DNA of 64,000 bases from Bacteroidales bacterium UBA4814 (GTDB taxonomy: Bacteria > Bacteroidota > Bacteroidia > Bacteroidales > UBA7960): the NCBI GenBank assembly GCA_002402465.1, contig DHFW01000009.1:14553-78552 (forward strand). Reading direction: 5' to 3'. The notes beneath the pieces were generated by a model, which saw only the letters and a program-made list of their open reading frames with translations, ran no database searches and had not been told where the DNA came from. The translations under genes and the position numbers were made by a program. Positions 58,919 to 64,000 of the stretch are shown one piece after another (position 1 is the first letter of the stretch; every line of letters begins with the position of its first letter).

Positions 58919-59389
58919 TTATTCCCTGTTGTCCCCATCTTTCATGGCCAACAAGTGGAGTAGATTTCTCAGCATCGACAGGGTTAGCAAAGGGAAAGCT
59001 ACTGTAAAAAGTATTTTTATCCAGGTCTTGTCGAAAATTCCGCTCAGAATCAGCATCCAGATCAGGGCCAGGAAGAAAAGATCTGCGACAATAATCAGTG
59101 CGTTGCCCGGGTCTTTTTGCATCCATTGCGGGAAGGGCAGGATGTTGGTTTGCTGTGAGGCAAACCGGATCAGCCTGTAGGTGCAAAACACCCAAATACC
59201 GGGCATGACAAATCCGAGCAGCAGTCCTACTGCGTTGAAAGGAAGATATCCCAGTGAATAAACCATTCCCATGAATAATTGGCCCCAGAAATTCAGCTGA
59301 TAATTGTTCGCCGTTCCTGCAGAAGCTTTAGTAAAAACAGACAATATTTTTGAGGGTTTTTTGGGCTTGTATGTCATGCCGGATTTCAA
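58919..59389 (-). CDS. Hypothetical integral membrane protein
   Basis: 156 aa with three to four hydrophobic helices. I recognise no family. It is co-directional with the hglS-like gene. Confidence 0.5.
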   Translation of the reverse strand: MKSGMTYKPKKPSKILSVFTKASAGTANNYQLNFWGQLFMGMVYSLGYLPFNAVGLLLGFVMPGIWVFCTYRLIRFASQQTNILPFPQWMQKDPGNALIIVADLFFLALIWMLILSGIFDKTWIKILFTVAFPLLTLSMLRNLLHLLAMKDGDNRE

Positions 59390-59496
59390 TAATATGTATC
59401 AAAGTGTATTTTCAATCCAAAAATAAAGTTATTTTGCAATTTGGCTTGTAAGGTTTTGAAGTTCTTTCAATTTATCTACTTAACCCGCATGCAAAA

Positions 59497-60885
59497 ATGA
59501 GAAAAACGGAAAACCCTGGTAAACTGATGTTTTTTGCTTTTATTTTGGGCCTTTCTATGTTGATAACCAACGGAGTCTTTGCCCAGAGCGAAGAGAGCCA
59601 ATCTGAGCCACCAGTAAAAACAGGCTGGAGGCTTGGCGGAATTTTGCCCACCATTACCTTCGACAGTGACCTCGGGTTTCAGTACGGGGCTCTAGTCAAT
59701 CTTTTCAACTACGGTGATGGCTCGCGATTTCCGCGCTACGATCATTCGCTGTATTTCGAGTTGTCGCGCTTTACCAAAGGAAGCGGATACAACCGCTTCT
59801 TTTACGACTCCGATCAGTTGGTAATGGGCATCAGAACCACCTTCGACCTGAGTTATATTACCGACCCGCTTTACAGCTTTCATGGGTTTAACGGCTATGA
59901 GTCGGCCTACTGGCCCGAATTGGTCGACCGTGACTTCGAAAACGGCGAGTTTGATTACCTGAGCCGGGCCTTTTATGCCCACGACCGGAAAATGTTTCGT
60001 ACAAAAATCGACCTGCAGGGAAAGCTAATTGGCGAGAACCTGAACTGGGTTTCCGGTTTTGAAGTTTATAATTTTTCCGTTGGGTCGGTTGACATTGACA
60101 AACTGAACAAAGGCAAGGAAGGGGATGACCTTTTGCCTGAGGTAGACGGTTTATACGATCGCTATGTGGCATGGGAACTCATTGAAGAGGGCGAAGCTGA
60201 AGGCGGCTGGGTGAACTACCTGAAGGCCGGCGTTTCGTTTGATACCCGCGACAACGAACCCAACCCCATGAGTGGTGTATGGTCGGAAGCCGTAATTATG
60301 ATGGCACCCGGCTTTATGGTTACCGGCGACTACGGGCACGCCAAACTTTCCCTTACTCACCGCCAGTATTTTACCCTGATTGAAGACGACCTTTCGTTTG
60401 CGTATCGTCTGGGGCTGCAAAAAACCATTGCCGGGAAAGCACCTTTTTATGTGCAGCCTATTCTGGTTACCTCTTTTCTGAGAGGAAACACCAACGAGGG
60501 CCTGGGCGGCTCGAAAAGCCTGCGCGGAATCCTTAGAAACCGCATTGTGGGCGACGGCATTGCCATGGGCAACCTGGAATTGCGCTGGAAATTCGTACGT
60601 TTTAATATTGGTGCAACCAACGTGTACCTGGGCCTGAATGGCTTTGTGGATGGTGGCCTGGTATTTTCTGCTATTGAAATTGACATGAATAGCGTGACCC
60701 TGGAAGAAGGAGAAACCCTCAGGATGTTCTTCGACGAAGAAAAGGATGCCCTGCATATGAGTGCCGGCGCAGGCTTGCGTATTGCCATAAACCAAAACTT
60801 TATTGTGGCTGTCGATTTTGGAAAAGCCTTCGACAAGCGCGATGGCAATACCGGACTTTATATCGGCCTGAATTACCTTTTTTAG
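59497..60885 (+). CDS. Omp85/BamA-TamA-family outer-membrane beta-barrel protein (no obvious POTRA repeats)
   Basis: 462 aa with a signal peptide. It has FDTRDNEPNPMSGVW and GGSKSLRG motifs, and the C-terminus ends LYIGLNYLF, as expected for surface-antigen (D15) barrels. Confidence 0.6.
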   Translation: MRKTENPGKLMFFAFILGLSMLITNGVFAQSEESQSEPPVKTGWRLGGILPTITFDSDLGFQYGALVNLFNYGDGSRFPRYDHSLYFELSRFTKGSGYNRFFYDSDQLVMGIRTTFDLSYITDPLYSFHGFNGYESAYWPELVDRDFENGEFDYLSRAFYAHDRKMFRTKIDLQGKLIGENLNWVSGFEVYNFSVGSVDIDKLNKGKEGDDLLPEVDGLYDRYVAWELIEEGEAEGGWVNYLKAGVSFDTRDNEPNPMSGVWSEAVIMMAPGFMVTGDYGHAKLSLTHRQYFTLIEDDLSFAYRLGLQKTIAGKAPFYVQPILVTSFLRGNTNEGLGGSKSLRGILRNRIVGDGIAMGNLELRWKFVRFNIGATNVYLGLNGFVDGGLVFSAIEIDMNSVTLEEGETLRMFFDEEKDALHMSAGAGLRIAINQNFIVAVDFGKAFDKRDGNTGLYIGLNYLF

Positions 60886-61040
60886 GATTCAGTAGCAAAC
60901 TGCCTGTTTTGTGATTTTAAAAACCCACTGTTATCAATTACTTTGGTAACTTTGGGCCTTTGGGGACGGCCCGAAAAAATGAGCGGCCTGCTGCAACTTC
61001 GTGTTGCTCCTGCTTTGGTAGAAATCAACTTAAATGGCTT

Positions 61041-61697
61041 ATGATTAAAACAAAAAATATTCATAAATCATACGGCAATCTGGAAGTGCTGAAAGGTATC
61101 AGTATCGAGATTGCTCCCAGCGAAATAGTGTCTATTGTAGGTGCTTCGGGTGCTGGTAAAACCACTTTGCTTCATATTATCGGTACTCTCGACCGTTACG
61201 ACCAGGGCGAAGTTATTATCAACAATCAGAATATTAAAGGTTTTAACGACCAGAAGCTGTCTGATTTTCGCAACCGCAACATTGGCTTCGTGTTTCAGTT
61301 TCATCATCTGCTGCCCGAGTTCACTGCCCTGGAGAATGTTTGTATCCCTGCCTTTATTGCCGGGAAGGGGCGGGGCGAAGCCGAAAAGCGGGCAAAGGAA
61401 TTGCTCGACATGCTGGGGCTGGCCGGGCGCCTGGAGCATAAACCCTCAGAACTTTCGGGTGGAGAGCAGCAGCGGGTTGCTGTAGCCCGCGCACTGGTTA
61501 ATAACCCGGCTGTGGTGCTGGCCGATGAACCCAGCGGAAACCTCGATTCCAAATCATCGGAAGAGCTACACCGCCTTTTCTTCTCCCTGCGCGAAAACCT
61601 GGGTCAAACTTTCGTGATTGTTACCCACAATACCGAGTTGGCCAATATGGCCGACCGCAAACTTACCATTAAGGATGGAATGATAGGCAATAATTAA
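61041..61697 (+). CDS. lolD: LolD-like ABC transporter ATP-binding protein (lipoprotein-release/MacB-type)
   Basis: It has Walker A (GASGAGKTT), the signature [15 protein letters not shown] and Walker B ([11 protein letters not shown]). The start is the ATG at 61041 ([12 protein letters not shown]), not the track's 60960. Confidence 0.8.
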   Translation: MIKTKNIHKSYGNLEVLKGISIEIAPSEIVSIVGASGAGKTTLLHIIGTLDRYDQGEVIINNQNIKGFNDQKLSDFRNRNIGFVFQFHHLLPEFTALENVCIPAFIAGKGRGEAEKRAKELLDMLGLAGRLEHKPSELSGGEQQRVAVARALVNNPAVVLADEPSGNLDSKSSEELHRLFFSLRENLGQTFVIVTHNTELANMADRKLTIKDGMIGNN

Positions 61698-61753
61698 TAA
61701 TTATAAAAATTTAATTATCAATTGTTTAGCTCGTGAGGTTTGATTGTTTTGTG

Positions 61754-63867
<2,114 letters not shown>

Positions 63868-63890
63868 ACTTTATATATGTATGGCAACCA

Positions 63891-64000
63891 TCACGGCCCG
63901 CCAATAATCACTTTAAGGTCTTTAGAATTAATGCAAAGCACAGGAATTCCTTCTTTGTTGTAGATAATCCGTTCTTCGGGCGAGCCGAAAGGATTCCAGG
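63891..64000 (-). CDS. C-terminal fragment of an unidentified protein, truncated by the window edge
   Basis: The minus-strand frame reads WNPFGSPEERIIYNKEGIPVLCINSKDLKVIIGGP-stop and is followed by a good terminator. It is too short to name. Confidence 0.35.
   Translation of the reverse strand, partial: WNPFGSPEERIIYNKEGIPVLCINSKDLKVIIGGP

Noticed and set aside
57966-59180. 404-aa plus-strand ORF spanning the hglS-like gene and the intergenic region
   Set aside because: It is antisense to a well-formed DUF1338 gene and crosses a gene boundary. It has no recognisable domains, so it is a shadow ORF.

Overview
This 64 kb window reads as a gene-dense chromosomal segment of a Bacteroidota-type genome. 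Supporting signs: recurrent TAnnTTTG -7 promoter boxes with little Shine-Dalgarno signal, TonB-dependent receptors with carboxypeptidase-regulatory-like N-termini, a Rho factor carrying a large low-complexity N-terminal insertion, DUF4293 next to rho, and a Cys-less type B L31. I call about 50 protein-coding genes on both strands. I found no rRNA, tRNA, CRISPR array, transposase, integrase or recognisable defence gene. Core functions present: aroA-aroB, serC-serA-DUF1015, lon, rpsA, rpmE2, ligA, rho, lolD, pcm, arcC-argF, fur/perR-dps, a Cu P-type ATPase, proline dehydrogenase and a BlaI/BlaR1 pair. The best candidate for an undescribed system is at 0.2-6.3 kb. There, an orphan WtpA-type tungstate/molybdate-binding lipoprotein sits in an apparent operon with a TonB-dependent receptor, downstream of a short ModE-N-like regulator that has no Mop domain. 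Divergently transcribed are a lipoprotein with two sulfite-oxidase-fold-like domains and a BASS-family permease. Both promoters carry a near-identical CGTT(A)TGAAAATAAC operator-like element abutting the -7 box. Other points worth a second look: an AT-rich three-gene module at 6.8-10 kb (small Cys-containing secreted peptide with its own strong terminator, BF3164-type 6-bladed propeller lipoprotein, jelly-roll/OmpA protein); a BlaR1 homologue with a repetitive coiled-coil C-terminus and a perfect 16-bp palindromic operator; a frameshifted FadL-like porin; an adjacent hglS (DUF1338) and ydiJ-like gene pair; ribosomal protein S1 with six tandem 24-bp coding repeats; two tandem-Usp paralogues sharing a C-terminal SFIDP(L/M)GL tail; and a barrel-less Plug-domain protein. 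All functional calls rest on my reading of the translated ORFs and remembered family signatures. No database search was run.
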